Part shown: positions 1 to 12,301 of the stretch, one piece after another | How the letters are laid out: every line of letters begins with the position of its first letter | How positions within the stretch are numbered: the stretch's first letter is position 1 | Assembly: GCA_018398765.1 (NCBI GenBank) | Contig: JAHBMJ010000460.1 | Span: forward strand, 1 to 47,256 | Source of the DNA: Chromera velia | Lineage: Eukaryota | Direction of reading: 5' to 3' | Length of the DNA: 47,256 nucleotides | Notes under the pieces: model-generated | Seen by the model: the letters and a program-made list of their open reading frames with translations, nothing else | What the model was told of the DNA's origin: nothing | The model's database searches: none | Program-made: the position numbers and the translations under genes

Positions 1-435
1 TGACCTCAAACCTGTCAGGTAATCTTTGCAAAATATAGGGGATCTTCAATCAAGTATCCAATTTTTAAGATGTCCACTCTCCAGAAGACGACATGTTGTT
101 ATGTAGCAATGCATTCACACAAAGCACAGAAAGGGTCTGCCAGACGTATACTCTTACTTGTTTTCCTTACTTGTTGCATCCGCTCGACAGGATCTGCACC
201 GCCCGCCCTGCATTACACACAGGCAGGGTCTCTGCTGCTGAGCTGTTTCATGCAAAGATCTATAAACGTTCCGGCTTTACGGTCAAAGCAGGTGTGTGGA
301 AGCTTGACTGAGAGATGAATGCATGTATAGACGGAGGGGTCGACACGCTCACGGAATTCTACTGTGTGCGGCCCCGGAAAGCACCTGTGCATACGAATTT
401 GTATTGGATAACTCTTCATGATTCGGATTGCCTAG

Positions 436-449
436 TATGTGTGTATGTA

Positions 450-500
<51 letters not shown>

Positions 501-563
501 GCGTGTGTATGTGTATGTGTGGATATGTATATGTGTGTGTGTGTATGTGTGTGTGGGTGGGTG

Positions 564-602
<39 letters not shown>

Positions 603-670
603 GTGTGTGTATGTGTGTATGTGTGTGTGTGTATGTGTGTGTATGTATGAGTGTGTGTGTATGTGTATGT
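436..670. repeat. (GT)n/(GTAT)n compound microsatellite
   Basis: Directly visible GT/GTAT repeats. They generate the spurious VC- and HT-rich ORFs here. Confidence 0.97.
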
Positions 671-3600
671 GACACTGTGTGTAAGGACGTTCACGATAAA
701 TGCTTCCCGTGGTTTGCCTTCTTCCATAAGAGCTTGGATTGATAAAGGGCAGACGTGAAGACGTGCGGGTAGACGCTTCAATGTGTTTTCCACACCACTT
801 TGCATGCTGTGGGTGGTGCAGAGCGGGAGTCAGGCTCAGATCGCGTCTTCGGGGCTCCGCACGGTCTGTCAACACGGAGAGGAGGCTTTCAGTTTTCAAA
901 TGGACAGGGGGTTCCAGTCAGGAATCTCTGCAGCCTGCAGGAGGTGTGAGGAACCGAAGTTTCGACTGACGAAGGGAGAGAGGACGTGTTCAGCAGGAGC
1001 AGGAAGAGGAAAAGGTATGGGGGAGTTGGATGGAGGGCATGTGGAGAAAAATAATAAATTGGAGAATGAAAGAACGCAGCGGCGTCGTACATCAAAAACA
1101 GCGAAGGTCGAGATTTTTCGGTTCGGCATTTTTTTATGATCTTCCAGGAATGTTTGTCTTTTCGGCCCGCCCTTTTCTCTTTTGGCTTTTCACTTTCTTT
1201 CTTTGTTTACTTTTGTACTTTTGTTTCTTTGCTGTACATACGGAAGCTTTGTAGGGCGTCTGAAGTATGGATGTTTTCAGCAGTCATCCGCTCTTTTTTG
1301 ATTTGATTTTACAGACGAAGGGGGCAAAAGATCGGGGGGTTCAAGTGAGAGTCTGGCGTCTCCCTCCGGATCTGAGATTCCGAAGGACAACCTGAAGTGC
1401 CGTCCTTCAGAGGAGTGCCCTCTTGGGGCCTCATGCTCGATGGTCAGTCGGTTGGTCGGGTGGTTGGTCCTTCGGTCGGTCGGTGATCGTGTCTGTGCAG
1501 GGACACTCAATTCGATGCTCACAAACGTGCATGTATACACAAAATGACGTTCTGTGCAGGGCTCGAAGTTTGTCTTCGCTCGTCCGGGATTTTGGTGTCA
1601 GCACCTCAACTTGACGGACGAGCTTTTTTGCTACGTCTGTCCTGACTCAAACTGTGACACAGAGAACTTTTAGAAGAAGTGAGTGAACCCTCAAAAATCT
1701 TTTTCCGTTCCAGTTTCTGGATTGTCAAAACGAAAACAACTCTCTGGCTGACCTGCGACTTTCCTAAAAGCGTTCCATCCTGAGTTTGAGCTCGTAAAGG
1801 TATTGATTTTGTCTGTACCCTGCACCGCTCCTTTGGTCCTCTTGAAGGCGCTTGATGCATGCGCATACATGCGATTGCACGATCTACGTCGAGTCACATT
1901 TTGTTCCTCCTGCCTACATTCTTGTAGATGTCGAGATCAAAGAGAACGGTGGACAAACAGAGAGGCAGATGATCGTCTCTTGAAGGATAACCGAGCAGAG
2001 GAGAAAGGCGAAAAGGATCTTCCCTTTGAACCCATGGGAAAAGAAAAGAAGAGAGCAGGAGAAAATAAGCAAAAAAAAAAAACAGGTTTGAGGTCCGATC
2101 ATTGCGATGGCATCATCAAGGAAGGGGAGGCCTCCACATGGCATTGCCCTGGTAGGTCTGACGTGCATACACTCAGCAATTCATAAATTTTCCCTTGAAT
2201 AGTTCTTCTGCATGTCTAGCTGCATTCGTCCTGCTGGCTGGTGTCTTTCACTCAAAGTTCGGGAGGGGCTCTCGTGTTCAACCACACAGACTGGCTGCTG
2301 CCCATGGAAGAGAGAACAAAACACCGATTGATCAGTACATTTTGCGTGAATCAAATAGGGAGGGCGAAGGCATGTCAAAGTAGATGTCATCATCTTGGAG
2401 CACATCCTGACCTTTGCTTTGGCGACGTCGATTCCGTGTGTCTGTGTCTGTGTCTCTCTTTGCATGCCTGCATGTGCTTTTCTTTCAAGACACAGCGCCG
2501 GTCCCTTCTGTTCGGAATGCGACCACGAGAGCCGGTTTGGGACTCTCATGACTTCATTTGGTCAGTTCTTTTAATTCGATGGACACCGATTCTAGGGTGT
2601 ACGTGAAAATGGACGGATGGATGGATGGGCGAATCGGTGTGTTCGTGAACCCAGATACTGGCAGAGAGAGGGAAGGTGCGCAGCGTGGTCTTAAGACTCA
2701 AGAAAAATACGCTTCTGGAAGAAGAGCTGTCTCAAGTGCAACAGAGTTTCCACAGTCGATTAAAGACTAGCACAAAACGCGACCTACATCCCCAGTGCCT
2801 CTCTCTCTTTCTTGACGGGTGTTCGTGCGTGTGTGATTTGTTGTGTGTATACATGTGTCTTGCTGTTCTTGCATAACCCCGTCATGCACACAGGGCTCTT
2901 CGAGTGCTTTCCTTCCTGCCGTCGGCCTCTCGAAGTGTGGGACCAGATCAAGTGGAGCCTTTTTCTTCTGGCGGTGGCACTCGCCTGGAACGTGTTTTTC
3001 CTCCCCTCTACTGCTGTAAAGGTGCGCTGCCTGATTTAAAAAATGCGTTGATTCTCGCCGTTTTGCATCGAACTGTTGTACATTCCCTTATGTATTCTGA
3101 CACGTGTCGCGCACTCTGCCTCCTTTCTATAGATACACTCTTTCTTGAAATGTTCCTCTTCCTCATTCAGTCGTATATGACTCTAATACTTCTGGTCGTT
3201 TCTGCTCTATCCGCAGGGGGGCGTCGTGAAAAGCCTTCTCTTCTTTACGAACGCGGCGATTCTTCTTCGAATAAGCAAAGGACCCGTCGGGGGCAGCCGG
3301 CAGCTGGAGAGAGTCGAGGTCGGTCAAGTTGAATGTTTTCACTTTTTTTGACCAATACCAGGGCACTTAATTACTGTGTTTGAGTCTTGACCGAAGGACC
3401 TGTTTCTTCATCGACGCGTTGATTGAACATCCTTGATTGACACTCAGTGCTTGTTTTGGCCAGGTGGTGAGGAATGGGCAGTCTAATAGAGAGGCCGATC
3501 AAGCCTGAAAAGATCTAGACAGGCACTATGAGGACGAACGCAGAATGTTGAACCCTCCAATGCAGGCATCTCAGGTGGTAGAGGGAAAAACTTGTGATTC

Positions 3601-5163
3601 AACAGCATTGAGAGACGACTCTTCCTTTGTGACTTGCATATGTGCAGAGCGCTTCCGGCCTGTCCTCTCTCGCTCGTCTCTGCGCCCCCGAAGGCTTCAG
3701 TGCTCTGCATGTGATCTTCTTCCAGCTGTGGAAGGTCCGGCATGCAGGCTTTTCAAGTCGTCTCTTCTGTCTGTCGAATGATCTCTCTGTTTCCGTGCCT
3801 ACCTTCCTCCTGTCTTCGCGCCTCGATTTGGTCCGAGAAACTGTCACCTTTTGTCTGTTGCTGTCTCTTGTGTCCAATTCTTTTGGCGGAGTGTCCGTTG
3901 GGTCCTTTGAGGGTCTCTCTATCTCTCTATATCATGGTTTCCTTTCTATTTGCATTTTTCTGCAGGCGACTATTTTTCCCGTTGTCCTGCTTGTGTTGCT
4001 GATGCTTCACGGCCTCTTCCTCGTCTGTTGGCACAATCTGCGGACAACTTCAGGGCAGGAGGGCAATCAAATTAAAGGTGGAGGAAATGAACGACCCACG
4101 AGTTGTGAGTCCCCTGAGGTCCCCCAGAGAATTTTGGACATTCAGGGAGGAGAGGAGGAGGCAGGAGAGGCCCTGATGGAGGTGGAGGAGGGGCCTCATC
4201 AGGCAAAGGAGGGGGGACAGAGGGGGACTGTGGAGCCTCGTGGTTTGTCTGGAATCTTGACAGAGCTCTTGGATGCACGCTACAGTCGTGTGTTTGCGAT
4301 TTCCCTGGAAACTTTCTATACAGATTGGCTGATGCTGGTGGCAAGTCTGATGACTTGCGTGCGCATTCCATGTGAGGGTCTGACAGTGTCCTTCCCCGAC
4401 TCTGCCTTTCCATCCTCACCTTCCTCTTTTTCTCCTAAGTCTGCGGATGGATGGATTTCTGTGTTGTGGAGAGCTGGAGAGGTTAGCTTAGGATCTTTTC
4501 TTTTGGAGGGGGCTCATGTGTAGATCTCATTTTGAGATTGTGGGAATTCCATCTGGAGAAGGAAGCCTGGATGCAAGGACTGAGATCATCTGCGCTCTAG
4601 AGAAAGATGCACGAATGGTTCTTTGCTCATGTTGAGAACCAAATTCGGAATACAGGGTAAGAGGGAGACTCATAATTTCGTCTTGCTCTTGCTGAGGATT
4701 CATGGCGTAAGTGACTTTCTCGTTCCACTGTCTTTCTCTCTCTTTTCCTCCCTGCATGTGCCTGCTTGTAGTACCCTTGCTGGACCTCACAGGAATCTGC
4801 ATTTTCCAAAGGGCTTTTCCTTCTGATCACCTTCTCAGTCCTTGCACTCCTTCCTGTCGTCCTCTATCTGTTCATCACAAGAGTCCCAAAAAACGCAAAA
4901 CTCATAGGACCTGTGCACAAAGTGTTCAAGTTCGCCTACAGACCTGAGGTCGAGTGGTGAGTCAAACGATTTGCTTCATGAAGACTCTGGGGGGATCCCT
5001 TCGGAGAGCATCACTTGCTGGATCATTCTCCGCCTGTTCGTATGCATTTTCTGGATCAGCTGGGTCGCCTTGAATTAATTCCTGTCTTACTCCTTTGGTG
5101 TTTCTAGGATGTAGGCTCCAGAGGTCTTGTCTTCTAGTCGCGGTCTTTTTCTTTTTTATCAGT

Positions 5164-5165
<2 letters not shown>

Positions 5166-5213
<48 letters not shown>
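5166..5213. repeat. (TG)n microsatellite
   Basis: Perfect dinucleotide run. Confidence 0.97.
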
Positions 5214-5218
<5 letters not shown>

Positions 5219-6681
5219 ATATATGTATGTCACGGTGTGCAGGTGGGACGTCACATTCATGCTCCGGCGACTTGTGCTGGTTGTTTTGACCACCCTGCTG
5301 CCTCCTGGATCGTTCCGCCTGGAGAAGGCCTTCATAGGGCTTCTCTTTTTTCTTTGCCTTGCTTTGTATCTCGAGTGCAAGTCAGCTTCTTCGCTTCTCT
5401 TGGGACAGTCTTCTCTCTTCTTTTCTTCTCTTCGGGCCTCCTCTCTTCTTTGCTCCTTTCGTCCCTATCTGGTGTTTTGTATCCTTGAGACACAGCCCTG
5501 CATGTCATTGCCTGGCTGTCTGAGTTTTTGTTCATCTGGCTCTCTACCTCCTCCCTTTGTGCGTTGGATTTTCAGCAAAGAAGAAACCCTGCCAGATTTT
5601 TTCCTATCATTTCGTCCTGGCATTTCGTCCTTCTTTTTTTGACGTTCCTCTTTGAAGGCTCTTATGGACAAGTCTTGTGCGCATGTTTGTATCAGGGCCC
5701 CACTTGTCTTCACTTGAGTTCATTTGACCCTCCGGCTGGTTAATTGCGCCTGCCTTGTTTGGCTTTGTGTCTGATGTTTGGATGCATCCATGCAGGCCCT
5801 TCAAGAGGGGTCTCGACTCCCTGTGCGAGGCCTGGTGCCTCTCCACCCTGGTCTTCCTCACAATCACTCGAAGAGACGTCAGTCAGGCAGTCTGTCAGAG
5901 TGAGTAAGACAAAATACAGATGACACAGCAAAACCTTTGGTTTGGGCTTTGCGAGGCAGTGTGCGACGGGACAGGACCTGCGGACAATACATGAAAGGAT
6001 TCCTGAAGAACATTTTTTGTTTGTCATCTTTTTGCTCGATTGCCTCCTTGATGCTCTCTCAAACAGACTGAGAGACCTTGCACGAAGAGGAGTTCCAATC
6101 AAAGTGTCGTCCTCGTTGAGTTCGACTTTCAAGGAAACTATGAAAAGAACCGGGCTCATGTTCCCGAACTATTCTGGTTCGTAGCCAGTTGCGTTCATAC
6201 TCTTCTTCACTTATCGTCATACTCCGTTTTGATCCTGCAGGGGACAAAGACCAGCACAGCGTCAGACGATTTTGACGATTTGGTCAGGAATGAGAGAAGC
6301 CCTATCAAATTCCTGTTGCAGTTGGTTTTGGATAGGATTTTCATGAAGTTGACAGGCCATGCATGATCCATGCATTCATTCATGCGTCGTCGCATGCGAC
6401 ACTCCAAACATTCCATCACATTCGAAGAATAGTGGGAAAGCCTGCACGCACGGTTGACGAATCAGTCAAACAAGTCAGGCTTGCCCCCTGTTTTGGGCGG
6501 GGGGTTTAAAAGCATTAGTGCATGGTCTGGCTATGTACTGGTTGCTAGAAGCTCAGTTGCTCGATGAGTCTCCGAGTTGTTATTTTTGCTTTCTACCTCT
6601 ACGCACGCCTCTCACTGTCTCTCTGTCTGTGTCTTTTTCTATCTGCCTTCCTTTTGCCACCCACTTTCTGTCTGTCTTTCG

Positions 6682-6682
<1 letters not shown>

Positions 6683-6720
<38 letters not shown>
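6683..6720. repeat. (GTCT)n microsatellite
   Basis: Perfect tetranucleotide run. Confidence 0.95.
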
Positions 6721-6727
<7 letters not shown>

Positions 6728-6857
6728 TTGTACGTCGTCCATCTTCGTACAGGAACGGAAGATTGTGGCTCTTCTTCTGGTCCTCCCCTTCGCCTTCTTT
6801 GTTGCCCACTTTGGTAGGACCATTTTTTGTTGTGTCTTTTTTGCATGCAAAAATGGA

Positions 6858-8289
6858 ATGGATGGACTGAATCATTGGTCGTACGAAGGCACAGAAGGAA
6901 AAGAAAAGTCATCGCCGTTTTAACTCGTTCCATGAGTCTGTGTGGATCGATGCGGTTAGTAGACTCAGATTGCATGTTGTGACTGCATCGAGCAGGTTGT
7001 CGAGTGCTGCAGTCAATACGGTATTTTGCGCGCAAAAATAAATACACGGATGCTCGTGCGCCATACTGACTGTGGACGTGGATCCTTAGCTGCTTGTCTT
7101 AATTTCTTCTACAGTGCTGAAGGCTTGAGAGGCGGCCGGAAAAGCAGTGGGCTGGCTGCAAGGTCGGGGGTGCATTGATGAGGGTGATGACCTGGAGGGA
7201 AGTCACGCAGCAGGGGAGGAGAGACTGGAAAGGGAAAACGAAAGCGACGGGGACATGTACAGCTTGGGAGCTTTCATGAGGGAAGAGAAACCGGGAGAAG
7301 AGCGGCACACAAAGGGAAGCAAGAATGGTGAAGGGACGGACGAGCCTGGTACTCTCTACCCTACACTTCCAAAGAGTGCAAAGGAAGAAGAAAAAAGACA
7401 AGAAGGTGAGAACGCAGCCCGATATCCAGTGCGGGAGGGCCAGAAAAGGCTTAGCACATCGATGGAAGCACCCGATGCGTCTGATCGGGAACTTAAGAAT
7501 CCGGCAACTGCCGATGTGGCGCAGGCGAGCTCTGCCTCGTCCAACTTGCATATGAGAGCGGATCAGGCGGAAACCAGAAAAGAAGAACATAACTCGCCTC
7601 AAGCTGATGGAAGGCGTTTCAGTTCTCTTGCCGAAAAACATTTATCATTTGAAGGCAATCAAGCATATGCAGATGAAATTCTACAAGCCGATCCTCCTGG
7701 ATAGTTTTTTAGGCTTGCAAGTACCCGTACGGACTGTGGCATCCATAGTGAACTTACTGGTGAAAGATGTTATAATATAAAACAAACTTAGGAAAGAGCG
7801 TTGAATTTACTAAAAAAGAAACTACTGGAGTCTAAAGACAGTACAGACATGGAATTCGAGGTTATGAATCATATGATAATAAATTGATTATAAATTAACT
7901 CTATACTATAAAGTATAGGTTGTAAAGTCGGCAGCATGAGTCCAATTTTTAAAAAGAAAATTAAAATTCTATAGTAAAAGTTTCTAAGTTGTTAGTCGAG
8001 TTCATACTTTTAAACTAGCTTTTACATGTTGTTTACTTTCTAAGATCGGAGGTGTATGGAGCGTTCAGATTTTTCTAAAAGTGATTTAATTAGAAATATT
8101 TGTATAAAAATTAAAACTAGAAGTCGTTGGAAAGTTTTAGTTAATTAGGACTTATACTAGATAAAGAGAGCAACCAGAATGTAAAAGAACTTTGAAGTTT
8201 AAGTTTTAAACAACTGTGAAAATATCATGATGAACCGTATCATTAACTAGACGTGGTCGCTAAATAGATTATTTATATTAGATCTTTAA
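6858..8289 (+). pseudogene. Two-exon gene of unknown function with many in-frame stops and a progressively AT-rich 3' half
   Basis: ATG at 6858. Exon 1 ends 7020 (G|GTATTT, phase 1). Acceptor TCTACAG at 7114; exon 2 from 7115 is in frame with ORF 7147-7704. Stops at 6921, 6933, 6957, 6960, 7126 and 7702. The same frame then reads FFRLASTRTDCGIHSELTGERCYNIKQT*ERALNLLKKKLLESK... to a TAA plus A-run at 8287-8300. Confidence 0.55.
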
Positions 8290-9100
8290 AAAAAAAAAAA
8301 TTATCTAACTATAATCTAACTAATCTAAACGGGGCAACTCCTCTTGGGCCCAGCCACTAGCAGGACGATACAAGACGATTAAGATCTACAAGCATGCAAA
8401 GCTTGTAAACGTGCAGACAGATCAGAAGGAGAATGGAAATGCTCCACTATGATAAAGAAAGATAAAGAGAACACCCAACTCCTCATCTATTGGCGAGTGT
8501 TAAATTTAGCTGCTCCAAACTATAGGCTCCAAAACGTTGAATCGAGGTTGGTCAGAGGCTGATGCCTAGGCCGAGGCTCAAGCTGTGGGGGGTGCCAAGT
8601 ACTTGATAAGTCTGACTTTAGATTTTTTAGGTAGATCAATATATTCATTTAGAAGGGGTAAAAAATTTAAACTAAAAGAAAATCTATCTAAAGACCACAC
8701 CTAGGTCATTAAATTAGTTACAGCAGGGGGTGTGGCCCTAGGCGTGGACCGTGTGCCCATAGTACAAGCTTTAGACGAGGAAGGCGACTGGACATACATA
8801 AAAAAACAGTATGACAACAATTAATTGAATCATAATAAACTGATAGCTTACAGTGATAAGACTGGCAAGGGGCATCGACTTTGGGTATTTTCCTAGCTGG
8901 TCATTGATTAATTCAAAACTATAGCAAAAATAACAAGATATAACAAGCACGCAATACAAAGTTAACGATGTGTGCAAAAAAGGTTGAAAACCGGTTTTCA
9001 AGAATAGGTTTTCAATCCATTTGACTCAGGATCGACATGTATCGTAACCTAGATTGTAACAGTGCAGTATAGCATAACAATACGACGTCTAGTACGACGT
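7705..9100. other. AT-rich, TpA/CTAG-rich island (decayed repeat or TE-like DNA)
   Basis: Sharp compositional shift, almost no ORFs, and abundant TAG/CTA/TAA compared with the TGCA/CAG-rich genic flanks. Confidence 0.7.
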
Positions 9101-9235
9101 TGAATACGTATGTGACAATCAGTCGCTCATCCATCATCAAAGGATGGAGGCTTTGAAAAAGACTTTCAGTTCTGCACCTATATAGATTTGCTGGTAATTG
9201 TTACCAACTGCCAACTGGTTTCTTGCCCTTGAGCT

Positions 9236-9425
9236 CTACTTTGCACGCGGAGAACCCGAAAATATCTTTGCAGCGATGGGAACATCTGCCCACTGTTTGC
9301 AGCTTCCAAATCTGTAGGCGGCTGTCTTGGAAACGTTCGCGGGGACAGACGCAGAAGTTGCATTGGAGGCGATCTGTTGTGCACAGCTCTTCATGATTTC
9401 TTCAATCAATGGCATACCTGCAAAT

Positions 9426-9456
<31 letters not shown>

Positions 9457-9587
9457 CAGCTCTTCGGAAAAAGATTGTCATATTTTCAGTCTTTCTCACG
9501 CCTCACCCCTGCTGATCTGCTCCCCCGTCATCTGATTCACCGCATGCACAGCCGTTCTCTCTGTACGTCTCTGCTCTGGCGATCCCC
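9236..9587 (-). CDS. Probable 3' exons of the kinase gene (~9587-9507 and 9417-9236)
   Basis: Exon GSPEQRRTERTAVHAVNQMTGEQISR ends at a GTGAGG donor (9506, phase 1). A (TG)n-TTTGCAG acceptor at 9418 continues in frame GMPLIEEIMKSCAQQ...SPRAK* (TAG). The link to the upstream kinase exon was not fully resolved. Confidence 0.4.
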
Positions 9588-9865
9588 CTGGCGTTCAACA
9601 ATTACTCTTAAGAGTACTCCGACAGGCAGGCACGGGCACAAAAGCATTCCCCCCCCCCCCCCCNCCCCCGGCTCGACCCGTTGGAAGACATCCTTCAAAT
9701 CAATCACAGCCTCTCACTCCGAAAAAAAGCCCCGCTGGTGCACATGAACAAGAACAAGAAGACAGCCTGGCGGTACTGCATGCAGACTCAGCTCGTCGAA
9801 AGACAAACAGAAACGGAGGCGGAAAGGAGGAAGTGAGGCAGGAGGACATATGGAGGGAGGATGGA

Positions 9866-10235
9866 TGGAAGGAAGGAAGGGAGGGGGGAAAAAGGAAGGA
9901 AGGAAGGAAGGAAGGAAGGAAGGAGGGAAGGAGGGAAGGAGGGAAGGAGGGAAGGAGGGAAGGAGGGAAGGAGGGAAGGAAGGAGGGAAGGGAGGAAGGA
10001 AGGAGGGAAGGAAGGAAGGAAGGGAGAAGGAAGGAAGGAAGGAAGGAGGGAAGGAGGGAAGGAGGGAAGGAGGGAAGGAGGGAAGGGAGGAAGGAAGGAG
10101 GGAAGGGAGGAAGGAAGGGAGAAGGAAGGAAGGAAGGAAGGAGGGAAGGAGGGAAGGAGGGAAGGAGGGAAGGGAGGAAGGAAGGAGGGAAGGGAGGAAG
10201 GAAGGGAGAAGGAAGGAAGGAAGGAAGGAAGGAAG
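9866..10235. repeat. (GGAA/GGAG/GGGA)n purine-only compound repeat, probably intronic
   Basis: ~370 bp of only G and A on the + strand, with higher-order reiteration. Confidence 0.97.
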
Positions 10236-10633
10236 GGGGAAAGAAGTCTCAGAAAGGAAGTGAGGAAGAAGACAAGAAGGAAGGAGTCACGAAGGAAGGA
10301 AGGAAAAAGGAGAGAGCGAACAGAGAAAGGGGAAAAGAAAAGAAATGAAAGGAGAGGACGGAATGGAGGAAGAAAAGTCGGACGAACGGACGGAAGGTAG
10401 TGGGGGAGGCAGGGAAGAAAGAAAGAAGACAACGGGAGGTAGACAGGGAGGTGGACAATGCGGGAAGTTTGAGATTTGAGGAATCATGAAGTGAAATTCG
10501 GAGGAAGGAAGGCGGCGTTGGGGGAGAGGAGGAAACTAGTGCGCCTGAGATCTTCGATGAACGTCAGACAGACAAGGCGAATTGATGGATGGATGGATGG
10601 ATGGATGGATGGGCATATGCAGTGACTCCCTCC

Positions 10634-11713
10634 CTAGCTCAATCTCTGACCTGACGGGCTGTCTGATTCTTCTCCCGTCAGGCCTCGAGGGGGTGCCGTT
10701 TGTTCTTCTTCTTTCTCGCTTGCGCCTTCGTTTTGGAAATAAAAGAAGCTCCCGAGCATCCTAACGAGTGCCTCTTCTCTCCAGAAAACAGAGGCCCCCT
10801 CATCCTTCGAAGTGATCTGAGAGGAGCCGCCAAGGTCTATCACCTTCAAGACACCGTTGCGGTCCACCGCTAGATTTCGTATCTTTGCGTCCAGCTGAAA
10901 TATCTTCCCGTCTTCTATCAACCTCTCATACGTCCCGACAATTGCCTTCTGTAAGTCAATTGGAACTCTCCGACTGTCCTTCCCTTTCTTTTCATCCCCC
11001 GTCTTTAGGTCAGCAGAGTGCCCCTTCTCTTGCGGCACAGCCCCAAAAGAGGTCTCAATCATTTTGTGAAGAGCCTCTGTGGCCTCGACATCCATGAGTT
11101 CCATCGCAATGTAACCTGTTCCGTTCTCTATCCAAGCACCGTGAACGGAGGGACTAAAGCCGAGCAGTGCACACTTGTCCTGAAGTGTGAGCTCACGCAA
11201 ATAATTCGACTCCCGTCGAGATCCGGAAGGGGAAACTTTCATTCGCTTCAGTGCAATTTTCTCTCCACTCGGAACAACCTCCGCAGCATGCACTTCCGCA
11301 ATCAAACCTTTTGCTATGAGCCCCGTCTCCCTTACTTCGGTGCCTTTGTCTCGAATCGCTTCTTTTGCATTCTTCCGCACCTCTCTGGAGAGGATGTAAG
11401 ACTGCTGCTTGGACTCGAACGTAAAGCCCTCTGAAAAAACGCACCCACTCGCACTGGAGTCAGAGGGACCTCTGGCAGCACGAGAGGGGGGGCCTTCACT
11501 TTTTGCTGGTTGAAGAGACGGCAAAAATGAGACCGAAAGAAACAGAGCAACAGAAGAACCGCAAATAAATCCAGGCAAGCGCTGCCACAAATTTGGATTT
11601 TGAGCGAAAAGGCGACCCATCCCACTAGCACAACTCAACTGACACAAAGGCCACAGAAGTCCTGCCTTCCTTTTCCGCCTGAATCCTTGGACGCATGCAG
11701 TGAGTATGCGCAT
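10634..11713 (-). CDS. Atypical protein kinase-like protein (main exon), with an N-terminal hydrophobic segment
   Basis: Kinase motifs in order: degenerate Gly-loop IAKGLIAEV, IALK, helix-C E (YLRE), YIAMELM hinge, catalytic loop QLDAKIRN, DLG. First ATG 11713 (alternative 11620). Hydrophobic FICGSSVALFLSVSFL. Probably spliced at a GTCAG donor near 10655 rather than ending at 10634. Confidence 0.82.
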   Translation of the reverse strand: MRILTACVQGFRRKRKAGLLWPLCQLSCASGMGRLFAQNPNLWQRLPGFICGSSVALFLSVSFLPSLQPAKSEGPPSRAARGPSDSSASGCVFSEGFTFESKQQSYILSREVRKNAKEAIRDKGTEVRETGLIAKGLIAEVHAAEVVPSGEKIALKRMKVSPSGSRRESNYLRELTLQDKCALLGFSPSVHGAWIENGTGYIAMELMDVEATEALHKMIETSFGAVPQEKGHSADLKTGDEKKGKDSRRVPIDLQKAIVGTYERLIEDGKIFQLDAKIRNLAVDRNGVLKVIDLGGSSQITSKDEGASVFWREEALVRMLGSFFYFQNEGASEKEEEQTAPPRGLTGEESDSPSGQRLS

Positions 11714-12301
11714 CCTGGCACAGCCTAATTCAAATGCACAGATCCATGGTACAGCTTTAAAACACACGGCTAGCTACCGAATGACGATCACGAGAGGCAG
11801 TGGCACCATCGCAGACGGTGCATGATGACATGTTACGACATGAGAGTGCATGGGCGAGGATTCCGCCGAGGAAAGCTAGCGTTGAAAGCAATCCTTGGAG
11901 ACATATAAATTTTGGAGACGGCATGGAGTCTGACGGCGAAGACGATGCGTAGACGGCCGCTGCAGGATTGCCGTTGGGCGACGCAGGCGATCAATGGCGA
12001 TCATGCGTACGTGAATGGCCTGTGGCATCGATCGCTGACAAATTTCCTTCAGATTCTGACAGCATTGAAAGACACGTACTCAGACAGAAATACTCCGACC
12101 CGACATGTCACTCATGTTACTGGGGTGGTAGAAAGTTATCCTCCGTGTCTCAGGACGGTTCGTGCAACCCATCTGCATCCGATTCGGTGCAGTGTGAACA
12201 CAACTTGGAGCCGCCCAACCATTGAACCCGAAAGTCTCTGAGAAATACCAGTGTTGTCTTTCCCGTCTCCGTCCCACTGAATTCTCTCCGCGACGCCGTC
12301 C

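Larger units (their letters stand above)
3163..6822 (-). pseudogene. Multi-exon low-complexity (R/S/E/P-rich) gene inactivated by nonsense codons; boundaries approximate, may extend toward ~700
   Basis: ORFs 5465-5713 and 5159-5380 share a frame across a TAG (5465-5467). ORFs 4627-4830 and 4072-4419 share a frame across TGA 4627, TAG 4597, TAA 4483 and TAG 4435. A phase-0 intron 4095-4038 (GTCGTT...CCGCAG) joins this to the frame of ORF 3483-3743, with TAG 3927 and TGA 3753. An exon-like block lies at ~6078-6234. No family recognised. Confidence 0.55.

Noticed and set aside
3642..4523. 293-aa plus-strand ORF
   Set aside because: Antisense shadow of the minus-strand pseudogene; no ATG context, splice support or recognisable domain.
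6858..8289. Alternative genetic code (TAA/TAG = Gln) as the explanation for in-frame stops
   Set aside because: Intact genes here end in TAG (15728), TGA (23260, 36226) and probably TAA (42140) and have no internal stops over thousands of codons. Stops are confined to degenerate loci.
8329..8360. Helitron 3' end (GC hairpin then CTAG)
   Set aside because: The hairpin is poor, the base after CTAG is C rather than T, and CTAG is common in these islands.
8553..8754. MITE bounded by GCCTAGG inverted motifs
   Set aside because: Only a short, self-palindromic match and no TSD.
9788..10432. ORFs of EGRK or PSFL repeats (likewise 315-899, 21292-21951 and other VC/HT/KE ORFs)
   Set aside because: Translations of microsatellites that lack stop codons.
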